A stretch of 64,000 bases of DNA. It comes from Lama glama (lineage: Eukaryota). The notes beneath the pieces were generated by a model that saw only the letters and a list, made by a program, of their open reading frames with translations, had not been told where the DNA came from and made no database searches. The position numbers were made by a program, and so were the translations under genes. Each line of letters begins with the position of its first letter. The stretch's first letter is position 1. Shown here in pieces: positions 53,194-64,000 of the stretch. The stretch lies in contig CM052818.1 of NCBI GenBank assembly GCA_028534125.1, positions 27,468,001 through 27,532,000 of the forward strand, written 5' to 3'.

Positions 53194-55611
53194 TAGATGC
53201 TGCTGACACTCAGGTAGAACTTGAATTCAGAGCACCTTTTGGTACATGATGAGTTGTAACCATGCGACAAAAACATTTTTATTGTCTAACAGAGTTTTGC
53301 TGGTCCCTTGACACTCTGAGTAATGTCAGCCATCTACAGTCCTTTACAGAAATGGCATTGTTACCACCCCCTCTATCAAACATTAAGACCAAAGCCACAG
53401 GTTACTGAAATCTGACAAAAGTTTTATGTAACTGGAGAGTCTTTTTGGAAAATAAGTTATGGCAACATAAAATATTTAATGTCACCTAATAACCGATGCA
53501 CCTGATTTTAAAAATACTTTTGATTAGATGACCTTCAGAGTATCCTTTAGAGAGTGGTCTAAATTGTTATTATCCAATTCTTATGTAGATTTATAATTAA
53601 TCTAACAACTATGATCTGACCATGAATATGCCTTTGCCATCTGGTATCTTTACCCTGAATTTGATCATGAATAATACATAACCATCTGACAGTTGAATCC
53701 AATCCATAATGTGGCCATACATGATGCAGATCCATCCATAGTGTGCTAATTTGCATTCTCCATCATTTTCATCTAATTCCTACCCAGAGCTTTTTCATTG
53801 AGTTTCAGGCACCCAGAGGACAATCTACCCACACATGAGGCCATATGGGATTCAGTGCATATTCTCCAGTGTCCTGGGTCTGATCCTAATTGTCACCAGC
53901 CAAGCCAAAATGTGTCACTCCAAACATGGGCAGGGACGCTCTTGGGCATTCATAAGATGCTTATTAGGGTTTTCAGTATGGTGCTGCCGATAGTGTGTAT
54001 TTAAATTAGACTCTTAAGTGCACATTTATTTTTCCCACTAGACTAGTCCGATATGAAGGTGAAAGAGACAGCCGTGTGACTGTAGGTATCAGTGGCTGGC
54101 GAGCATGATCGCCTTAAAGGAAGGAAAGCGTGAGCACTTAAAATTATAGGCCAAACAAAACGTCACCTACTGACCTCATCACCCCAGCCTTGTCTAGTGT
54201 TACACCTGCCCTTCATCTCCTGCAAACTGGTCCCCGTCTATGGCTTCTTTTGAGCTAGACCTTTCTGGATTGGTGGAGACTGCTGAAATCCTACCTCACA
54301 CGCCCTATTCATATACATGCTGGTTCAAATGCTTATAATTCACAGTGCTCATCAAAATGAAAAATATTTCTTGGCCCAATTTGGCTGGCAGGCCATCAGG
54401 TTATAAATTTTGTTTTATGTGGTTATTAAGATATTTCTCTCCATCAGTCTTGACCCTGGGGCATTCTAGTAAGTGGAGCCTAGAATATTTGTAATTCCCA
54501 GCCATGATCTATTCCCTTAGCGATTAGTTCTACACTCCCTATAAAATTTCTAATATAACAGTTGGAAAAAGAGAAGTTTGGAGGGTAACTTAGTGCTGGG
54601 AGAAATCTGTGAGCTAAATTTTGTAGTTGCTGACTTTGAAGTGACAGTAGGCCTTTACATTTGAAGAGTGTCACCTAAATTTGAAAATGACCACAATATA
54701 TATGCACTTTAGGAAGAGTTCTAAATGGTGAACAGTTTATTCCATACTGTGTGCTCATCAAAGTTGGCTTTTTTTTTTTTAACTGCTACTATGAGTAGCA
54801 GACTCTGTAGTTCTGCCTTAACTGAACCTCCTTATTTCAGTGTAGCCAGAGTCATTGTTGAAAAGCCACTGCATTTGTCATGGAGGCTGTGGCCTGGTTC
54901 CTCTTGCAGGAGTTCCCCTGCTCTGGGCTCATGATCATATTATTCCTTCACAGCCAACTAATGGGGGACAACCAGACTCAAGGCTATAGAGCAAGCAAAG
55001 TCCAAGTCACCCAGTGACCCACAAGTCCATGAGGGCTGAAAGTAAGGGTTTACCTATCAGGGAAGGAGCCTTGAGACAAACTGATCAGACACTCAATCTT
55101 GGGAACTTTGAAAGTGAGATGTAGAGACATGGCAGTTAGCGATGGAGGAAGAATCTGAGACACGGCAGCAAACAGAAGCCAAGGGCAGGCAGAAGCCATA
55201 ATGTAAGAAGAATGACAGAAGCACTTGAGCTGAGATGGTTTGATTCACCCCCTGGGGGATGGTCAGAAGCAGGAGAATGGGCACATACTGCTTGTTGAGG
55301 GGATAAGCAGCCACAGTGCAGAGCGGCACGCATCCCGAACCTTGCAGCATTGCAGGGAACAGTGCTGCTTAAATTCCCGATTTACTATTTATGTTCTCTG
55401 TCTAATCCTTAAGAATTGCAATCCTGTAAAAAGGCCTATTTAGCCATATAATTTGTGAAATAATTTGCAAAAGCTAATTAATTTAAAAATAGAGTAGGAT
55501 CTATTTCTAAATAATTAAATCCTGTAAATGACCAAGAGCGATACATCCCTGTAATTCTTATATTTGTTTTGTTCTCACCTTCTGTAATCTATTCTCTCTG
55601 TCCCCTGCTTA

Positions 55612-55800
55612 TCCAGTTAGGGCTTCTGAATGGGAGACTTTTGCGAGGGACAGTTCTTCGTTGAGTAGGTCTCTTCTGTGCACTGCAAGGCAGTGCCTTA
55701 TGTGACCCTCCCACCTCTCCATTGTTACCTTCAAAAATAAACCTACACCTCTCTAAATGTCCACTAGGGGGTAGTACTGGTTGGTTAAGACCTATTGAGC
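55612..55800. mobile_element. MER20-like hAT-Charlie MITE
   Basis: ggacagttcttcgttg...ctgtgcactgcaagg...aaatgtccactagggggtag...ggttaagacctattg. Confidence 0.6.
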
Positions 55801-55809
55801 TAAGCTTAC

Positions 55810-56500
55810 CCATTCTTTAAGGGGCAGCTCAAATTCAACCTTCTCTTTAATTCTTTGATTATTCCAGACTGTATTGATTTCTGTACCTTCTTTGAGTTCC
55901 TACTGCACTTAGAGTCAATCACATCATTGACTTCTTAATTGTATTTTCAGTGCTTCATGTATGTTGGGTTCTCTTCTCAGTTTGACCATAAACGCTTTAA
56001 GAGCAGCAAACAATCTAAGAGGTTTTTTGTATCCCACATAGTGCATGACACAGTGCCTGACATCGTGCTGGGTTCTTCAGGACTTCTGGTTGTTTCCTCA
56101 CCATCTACTCTCTGGCTGCCTCTTCAACACTTCCTACCGCATCTCCACCCTCACTCTGGCCCTTGTCCCTCTAGCAATTAAAAGAAGCTAATCTCTAGAG
56201 TTCCCTGAACATCCCCTGTTGGTTCACCACTATGCCTCCACCCACACTGTACTTTTTGCAAATATAATGTACTTCATTATACAACTGCCCTTCTTCCAAG
56301 TGAAATCTTATCCAATCTTCAAATTCTGGTGTCTCTGGTTAATTACTCCCTTTTCTGTAGATTGTATGAACTTCTTTTGAAAGATAACTTCTCTGTTTAC
56401 CTGTTTCTTGCTCTTAAAGAGGACAAGAACTGTGCCTAATTCATTTCCCTAACACTCAGCATGATGGGTCCTCAGTAGAAGCTGAATAAGTGTCAGTTGA
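55810..56500 (+). mobile_element. L2 3' fragments (two)
   Basis: cagctcaaattcaaccttctc...gacacagtgcctgaca; second piece ends agctgaataagtgtcagttga. Confidence 0.55.
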
Positions 56501-57917
56501 TTATACTTGGTCATACCATATTTATAAAAAATATTGATAAGCATGAGCCACACAGCGGGATTGGAGAAGAATGTTAGTCACTAAGTGGGAGCAGCTGTTA
56601 TCTTTTCCTTCACTGTTGCTTGCTTTTTGCTAAATAACTCTAAACGAATAGAATATATGTGTCTCACTAGAGCATCATGCAAATCATCATCACCATCATC
56701 GTCACACGTGAAACCCTGTCAGCTAACACACTATCAAAGAGAGAAGCATTTGTAGGCATAAATGAGACCACAAGAGTTGTGGATCCAGAGCTGCTCTTAA
56801 CTGCACAGGCCTGGGAGGAAGAGTGTGGAGATCAGCTATCATCCCTGTTCAGCCGCACCAGTAACTGACAGAATCCTGGTTGGTGAGGAGAAGACAAAGA
56901 TAACGTCTCCGGGCCATACTCAATGCTGACGGGCCAAAGACCTGAGTCCACTTAGGTGTTGTGAAGGCCGTCACTAGGAGGTGAAAGGGCTGTTGCCTCA
57001 GTGGGACTCTGTGAGGCTTCTTCATAATCACCAGGGACCACCAGGTGGATCAAAGTGGACTCCCAGGGACACCAAGAGGACCAAGAAACCGCAGTCTCAG
57101 CACCGAGAGGGAAAGGAGTGGAGAATGGAAGGGGGAAGAATTCCACAAGCTGAACTGCAGCCCAGTTCCTTCTTTATATTTCTACTAGGTTTCCAGCCAC
57201 TAAATGGACTGTTGAAAACGTCTCTAACTTAATAGGCATTTTGGTACATGATACCTGGAAATGGCTACACACATGTATGAATTGGATAGGTGATAGAAAT
57301 CCATTAGAAGAGACATGGCTGCCTTTGGCAGTGCTGTTTAATATAAACATGTTTCCATAGTAACAAATTCTTAAAAATTGCATTAGTTTTATATCTGATC
57401 TGGGAGGTATGGGACAAGTAAAAGTCTTCAGTCTCTTTTTTGGGATAATGGAGATATATTTCCTTTCCAAAGTTGTGTGAAATAGAAATGATAAATGTAA
57501 CATGTTCTAGCACTAGGCATGGGAGAAGGGTACAGTAAATGGTCGACGTTATTATTCTCTGCATTTGGGGTTGAAGCAAGACAGAGTACCATGTTCCCAC
57601 CAGATTAACATCCCACTTCACTAATTATTTTGGTCATGCAAAAAGTTACTCAAGGGAATAAAATAAACAATTTAAATCTTTTTTCCAAAGGACAGACCCT
57701 AACGCTATAGACAACCAGCCCATTTTACCCCAGACTCACTCACTCACTTAAGAACTGCAGCTCTCCAGAAATTTAAGGACATAAATTACAATTCTGGTGC
57801 CCTAAGAAATATTTTACAATAAACTCTTGCCACTCACCCAGCTGAATGCTTCCAGATCTTCCTTCTCTCATCTCTCCCAGGGGCTTTCCCACTCCTCTTC
57901 TCAGGGAAGAAAGCCCC

Positions 57918-58085
57918 AGAGTACAGTGGAAAGAGCTTGAGCCTTGGTATTAGATTGATGGAGGTTTCAATTCAGGCTTTGCCAATTGTTGGCCATGAAA
58001 CTTGCAAGTTGCTTAATTTACTGGGTCTCATTTTACTCATCTACAAACCAGGAATAATAAAATTTGCCTTGTAGGATTGTGGGTA
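57918..58085 (+). mobile_element. MIR SINE
   Basis: gtacagtggaaagagc...gcaagttgcttaa...tctcattttactcatctacaaa. Confidence 0.75.
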
Positions 58086-58106
58086 GCATGTTGAGGAGGA
58101 AAGGGT

Positions 58107-58109
<3 letters not shown>

Positions 58110-58141
<32 letters not shown>
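58110..58141. repeat. (GT)n microsatellite
   Basis: Seen directly. Confidence 0.95.
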
Positions 58142-58143
<2 letters not shown>

Positions 58144-58437
58144 TGTATGGCGAGGATTGTAGATAGTGAATTAGGAATTAATCAGGAAAACTAAGATGAA
58201 CAATCCTGGGATATGTTAAATAAATTTATTGTTGTGTTATTACTACATCTATGCCAGAATTCTCCCCTCTCTTCACAAATAGACATGAAGTATCAGATTA
58301 AGAGTAATAAACCCTTCATTTTGAGGCAAGTATTGTTTATTTCCTCTGAAATATTTGGCTATTTGATTTGCCTCTCTGTGCCTTATTTTCCTCTTCCAAA
58401 TGAGTTTGTAAATTGAGATGATCTAAAATGTTTTTCC

Positions 58438-58805
58438 TCAGAGAAAGACAAATATCATACGATATCACTTATTGTAGAATCCAAAAAAAGATACAAATTT
58501 TATTTACACACCAGAAACAAACACACAGACACAGAAAACAAATTATGGTTATGAAAGGGGAAAGGGGGCAGGAGGGATAAATGAGGAGTTGGGATTAGCA
58601 GATACAAACTACTATATATAGAATAGATAAACATCAAGGGCCTACTGTATAGCACAGGGAACCATATTCAGTTTCTTGTAATAAGCTATAATGGAAAAGA
58701 ATATGAAAATATATTGTATGTATATGTATAACTGAATCGTTTTGCTGTACACTTGAAACTAACATTGTAAATCAACTGTACATCAATAAAAAATAAAATT
58801 AAAAT
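58438..58805 (+). mobile_element. L1 3' end (cetartiodactyl type)
   Basis: cagagaaagacaaatatcatacgatatcactt...ctactgtatagcacagggaac...tgtaaatcaactgtacatcaataaaa. Confidence 0.9.
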
Positions 58806-58889
58806 ACATGTCTTTCCTACCCTTGAAATTCTGTCTCTGTCACTGTTAACTTTGCTTCTCCTCTCAGGTTATCAACTCATTTCTTAGTT

Positions 58890-59222
58890 TCATTTTTATC
58901 TATTATAATTAAATAATTTTATATTTACAGAAAATTTCAAAAATAATACAGAGAGCTTCCATATGTCCTTCACTGAGATTCTCCTATTGTTAACATTTTA
59001 CATACCCATAGAACATTTATGAAAACTAAGACATTTAAAAAATAGAACACAAACCTATGGTTATCAAAGGGGAAGGGGGTAGGGATAAATTTGGAATTTG
59101 GGATTAACAGATACACACTACTCTATATAAAATGGATAAATAACAAGGACCTAATGTATAGCACAGGGAACCATATTCAATGTCTTGTAGTAAAAGAATC
59201 TGAAAAAGAATATATATATGTA

Positions 59223-59284
<62 letters not shown>

Positions 59285-59905
59285 GTAACTGAATCACTTT
59301 GCTGCACACCAGAAACTAACACATTGTAAATCAACTGTACTTCAATAAAAAAATTAACAAAAAAAATCTAAGAAATTAACATGATACACTACTATTTACT
59401 AAACCATAGGTTTTATTCATATTTCCCCAGCCTACTCACTCGTGTCATTTTCGTTTTCCAGGATCCCATGTTACATTAGTCGTCATGTCTCCCTGATCTC
59501 TTCCATCTGTGACTATTTCTGTCTTCCCTGATCTTTCCCAGCTTTGACGCTTTTGAGGAGCAATGGTCAGGTATTTCTGTAGAATGTCCCTCAGTTGAGT
59601 TTTGTCTGACTTTTCTCATGGTTAGATTGGGGTAATGGGTTCAGGATTGGGGGATAAGACAGAGGTGAAGTGCTCTTCTCATTACATCATATCAAGTGTA
59701 CATGAAATCAATGTGACATCATTGATGATGTTAACACCTTGGCCACTTGATTAAGGTGGTATCTGCCAGACTTCTCCATTGAAAACTAGTTTTTTCCCCT
59801 TTAAATAGTTTATTCCTTAGAAACAAGTCCCTAAGCCCAGCCTACGGTCAAGAGGAGAGGAATAAACCTCCACGTCCTAGAAAAAGTTGTATCAAAGAAT
59901 TTATA
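58890..59905 (-). mobile_element. Older L1 (L1MB/MC) 3'UTR interrupted by a younger L1
   Basis: tttacagaaaatttcaaaaataatacagagag...ggtcaggtatttctgtagaatgtccctcag...cacttgattaaggtggtatctgccag. Confidence 0.8.
59037..59367 (+). mobile_element. Younger L1 3' end with internal (TA)n, nested in opposite orientation
   Basis: acaaacctatggttatcaaagggg...tgtatagcacagggaac...gtaaatcaactgtacttcaataaaa; flanks aaactaagacatt / aatctaagaaatt. Confidence 0.9.
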
Positions 59906-60294
59906 ATCACCAAATTTTAAGCTATTTGGATGGAGCTTTCAGACAGGAAGCAGAGACCCTCCAAGTGCCTAGAGGCAATATCCACGTACATTGCCCTCCG
60001 TTCCTTAATCACCTGCCATGACAAAATAAATGTCTGACTTCAATCACCCAGCCTGTAAATACTCTCGGTACTTGCCCCAATCCCAGATATGCCATATGCC
60101 CACCAGCAACAATATAGGAATAATTATTGTGAGTAGTCTTGAAAGTAGTCCATGGTGTATATTATGAGCATGAATATCCTTTGATTTCAGCACCAACTTT
60201 ACAAATGGAATAATCACTATACAAAAAAAAAAAAGCAATGCTATATAACCATGCTGTTCAAGATAAGGCTATGTCTCTGATGGTATGGGAAAGA

Positions 60295-60680
60295 CAGCTG
60301 TGTGTTCACAAAACCCTGTTTCATTTTTGGCTTTTCCTCCCTGATAAATGGAGAGACCAAACTTTCCAGCCCATTATAGTTAGATGAGACTGCAATTCCG
60401 GACCTGGCCTCTAAAACCTCCTGTGTGCTCCCTCCATGCTGTCCTTCCTTTTTTCTGGTGTCTGGAGTTAGGGGCTGAAGGCAGAAGCCTCTGAAGCCTA
60501 GGCGGACGGAGGTGGCACTAGATAGATGGAGCCTGGGTCCCTAAATGGTTGCATGGACCACAGCCCCTGCCAACCCCTGCTAGACTGTGAAACAAATGAC
60601 AAATGAACTTCTACTGTGTTAACCCACTGAGATTTGGGGGTTATTTGTTATAGTCATCAGGTTCTCCTGATCAAAATAGA
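60295..60680 (+). mobile_element. MaLR LTR (MLT1I/J-like)
   Basis: gatggagcctgggtccctaaatg...aacttctactgtgttaacccactgagatttgggggttatttgttatag. Confidence 0.8.
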
Positions 60681-61519
60681 CATGAAGTCCCCAGAGAGCA
60701 GGATTTATTTCCACTAAATTGTTTGTCTAGAGTCTAGCACAGTTCCATGTGCAGCTGGGAACCTAAATGCCTCTGAAGACGGAGAAGAAGAAGGGGGGGA
60801 ATGACAGATTGCATGGAGCCACAGGGAGGCATTTAATTTGCAAGAATAGTTCAGCTAAAGGCACCTGGTCTCCTACAAAGTGGTCACAAAGATTACCTGC
60901 AAAAAAAAGAGGGGGGTGGAATGATAAAATTTTACTGGAAATGGTAGCAGAAGCAATAGGCTTGAAAACAGCCCAGATCAAGTGAAAGCTCCCAGAGTTT
61001 TTTGGTTCACAATTTTAAGTCAATATAGGATCAATTACTTAAAGTATTCTGGAGACTAGACCACAGTGTACATTAACAGCACAAAAATCCTTTTACCTCA
61101 GCACCAACTTTACTAATAGAAAGTTAGATGGGAAATAAAGCATAATCAAAAGTGAATTAGTAGGATTTGCCAACACATACAAATATTGAATCATTATGTT
61201 GTACGCCTGAAATTAATAATGTTATGTATCAATGATATTTCAAAAAGAAAACCTTCAGAAAAATATGTCATGTCTAAACAGGCCCTTTATAGGAGCTACA
61301 GATCTTATAAGCTTCCTGAGGGCATACCTGTAGGTCTTATGGTTAAGTCTTTAACACATTTTGGTTTAAAAGGGCTGTAGGCTCTCTCTGTTAACAGTAG
61401 GGCTTCTATAATTTTGAGGGCTGTTGTCCTGCAACAGCCTCATAGAGGAGAGAAGAGCTTATCTCTAAGATTTGTGGACATTGCTTTTGTGTAATAGAAT
61501 GGATTATAAATTAGTATAT

Positions 61520-61850
61520 AAGACACCCACAAGCTTTTTAAAAATATCAAGTTGGACTGAAAGGGACAGGTGCAATAAGAAATGAAAGAGGCTTATGTAC
61601 CTCTAAACTTCTTTGAGCAGGTAACAGACTCAGAACTACTGAGCATTTTCACCGAAGAGGGAGGATGACTCAGGGTTGGACTGAGATCCCAATGGATGGA
61701 AGCAAGAGCCATGGAGGACTCCTAGGAAGTAACAATGGGTCCTAAGAACAAAAGCAAGATTATGTGCCAGGCTGGATTTCACAACAGCTATGGACCAATG
61801 ATTCCTGCATACTTCCCACCCTGCCTTTCATTTTTGAGTGGGATTATCTA
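61520..61850 (+). mobile_element. MaLR internal (MLT-int) fragment
   Basis: gttggactgaaagggacag...ggctggatttcacaacagctatggaccaatga. Confidence 0.55.
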
Positions 61851-63509
61851 CAAGAAAAAAAAAAAAGAGAGAGAGAGATGAAAGAGACCAAAAAAATAGG
61901 GATACTTGACCAAATTTCTATAGCTTTCTAAGAAATTGCCTACCTGGCCATTGTAAAGGAACAAATTCCAGCCTGTCCATTGCTTATCAAGAGTTGGTGT
62001 TTTTCCATTGCAATATAGCCCCCCCAAAGCCCCATTCTGCTGTATTAATAATAGGACCTCAATTTTTATGATCCACCTCAACATTTTACTACTGAGTATA
62101 TTCTTTACCATACTTTCAGCGCATAGTGAGACTCACTTATGGAAAAGTTTCACGTGTGGACAACACAGATCCACCCCATCATCCCTCTCCCTTCGTCTTC
62201 TCACGAGGGTCCCAAAGACACAGCTTTCTGCTCTGGCTGTAAGAACTCGTGGCCACTTTACTCGGCAAGGAGAATGAATGTGCCAAAACTTCTGGATCTA
62301 CTGACTAAAGTTCTTACATTTTAGTAGCTCTGCACCTTACAACCACTGAGTGAGAAATCTTTCAAGTGCTGGCAGAGAACTGTTGCCATGTTCACCTTAG
62401 TGAGTTATATAAGGAAGTCCGTGGCTTCTTGCCTCCTCTGGTCTGGCACCCAGGGAATGGGCCAGGAAAGGTGGAGCTTTATGAATTAGAATGCGGCTCA
62501 CTGACATTGAAAAGGACGCCTCTTCATGTATGTATTTGTAGTCGTTTTAAGCATGAAAAGGCAAAACACAGAGGATAGACGTAAATATAAAAGAACTAAC
62601 TCCTCCACAAGAGGTAATTTAATAACCAGCTCTTAATTTAATAGCTGCTGTACACCAATTTAGTGATGATCAACCCCACATGCGAACTCCCTCTGAGCGT
62701 TAACATATTGGACTTTGGCAAAATGAACTCAGGTCCACTGCAGCTAGATTGGAACAAACTTTAGGAAATTAACTCCACTTGACATCCCCCAATTTCTGAT
62801 ATTTAGGGCTGAGTTCTAATGCATGGATAGATATTAAAGCTGCCCAGATGTGATTGGAATTCACCTCAGATTGTCTCTGAGCAAATCAGAGACAAATCAA
62901 ATCTTTCACCCTCGCTCTGAGAAGCTTGATGAAAATGCCCTTTGGAGTAATTTTTACGGAACCTAATCATGCTGTCGACTTTGAGGACTGTGCTGTTGTC
63001 TGTTTGGTGTTTCTATCTTATTTTTTCCTGGGTGTGAGGGGTGTGACTTCCTTGTTCCTCCTACAGAACACGTCCTCCTCGAACCCATCTGTCTCCTGTG
63101 TATGTAAGAAATCATTAGCACGGCATTTCAGCTTTCTAGTGGGTATAGCCTTGTCCAGGGATTAACCATCTGACTGTCCACAGGGGTGATTATATACTTT
63201 ATCTTCCAAAGTGGGACACTCTCAAAGGCACTATTATTGATTACACGTTGACAGCCAGCATAAACCAGGGCTGTCCTGGACAAACTGGGACATGTGGTAA
63301 CATTACTGGGAACTGAAAACAGAGCTGTGTGCCCCTGTGTCTCAGATATTATAGAATCTTCCACAGGACATTCACTTCTCTCAGAGGACCGACAACATTG
63401 GCTCGTTTATGTTGCATCAGCCACAGGCAACGCAGCAGAGCAGTGGAGCACGAGGGCTCTGGCCTCTCTCCAGCTTGTGCCCCTTCTTTGAAGGATAACT
63501 TACTGTCTC

Positions 63510-63735
63510 TCAACCCTTGAACCAGATCTCCTGGGCTCAAATTCCAGCACTCTCCTTTCTGAGATGTGCAACTTTGCAAAGACCCTTCTGGGTCTCAGTT
63601 TCCTCATCTATAAAATAATGATAAAATTTGAAAATGACTCATAAGGTTCTGTAGAATAAAGTGAGTTAATAGTTAGGAAATAATTATCAGAGAGTCTGGT
63701 ACATCATAGGCGTTCAATAATCTGTTAGCTGTTTT
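63510..63735 (+). mobile_element. MIR SINE
   Basis: cctgggctcaaattccagc...tctcagtttcctcatctataaaat...taggcgttcaataa. Confidence 0.85.
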
Positions 63736-64000
63736 CCTAATTGACCCTTTTCCTTTATGAGATTATATCTCCAGCTGCTCCGCCTTCCAGCGCTGCCTGC
63801 TTGTTAACACTCTGCCATCCTATCTGAGTGCCAGACATCTTTCCATCTAAGCCCTCTGGGCTGATGTGACTGGTTATTTTACGCCCTGGTAATTGCCTAG
63901 GTATTTCTGTTCCCCCATTATTCTCCATACGCTGGTTCTTTTTTATCTTCAGTATTTTCATAAGGTTGCCTCCAGCCAAATACATTGAGGACCCTTTTCA

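Noticed and set aside
58277..60688. 15 bp repeat aaatagacatgaagt at 58277 and 60674
   Set aside because: Does not bracket a single element; likely chance.
62400..62420. TATATAAG plus GGAAGT promoter-like motif
   Set aside because: Short motifs with no CpG island or downstream exon evidence.

Overview
Repeat-rich mammalian genomic DNA, apparently intergenic or deep intronic; no multi-exon protein-coding gene was recognised. Several copies of a tRNA-derived SINE resembling the camelid Vic-1 family suggest a camel, alpaca or llama genome (inference). The only recognisable cellular gene copies are L1-mediated retrocopies: a full-length processed RPL32 copy with an open 135-codon ORF (40109-40648) and, about 130 bp upstream, a tiny 3'-truncated tailless U6 snRNA copy (39940-39975). 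The most unusual structure is a ~2.8 kb L1-derived composite (18036-20843): 5'UTR + ORF1 + non-colinear antisense ORF2 pieces + sense 3'UTR + A-tail, apparently flanked by one TSD, so possibly a HAL1-like ORF1-only element. The rest is MIR, L2, L3/CR1, old L1M, MaLR/ERVL LTRs, hAT and Tigger MITEs, microsatellites and a few candidate regulatory motifs. Repeat subfamily names come from recalled consensus sequences, boundaries are approximate, and both need RepeatMasker/Dfam confirmation. I found no convincing evidence of a wholly new biological system; the findings are candidates.
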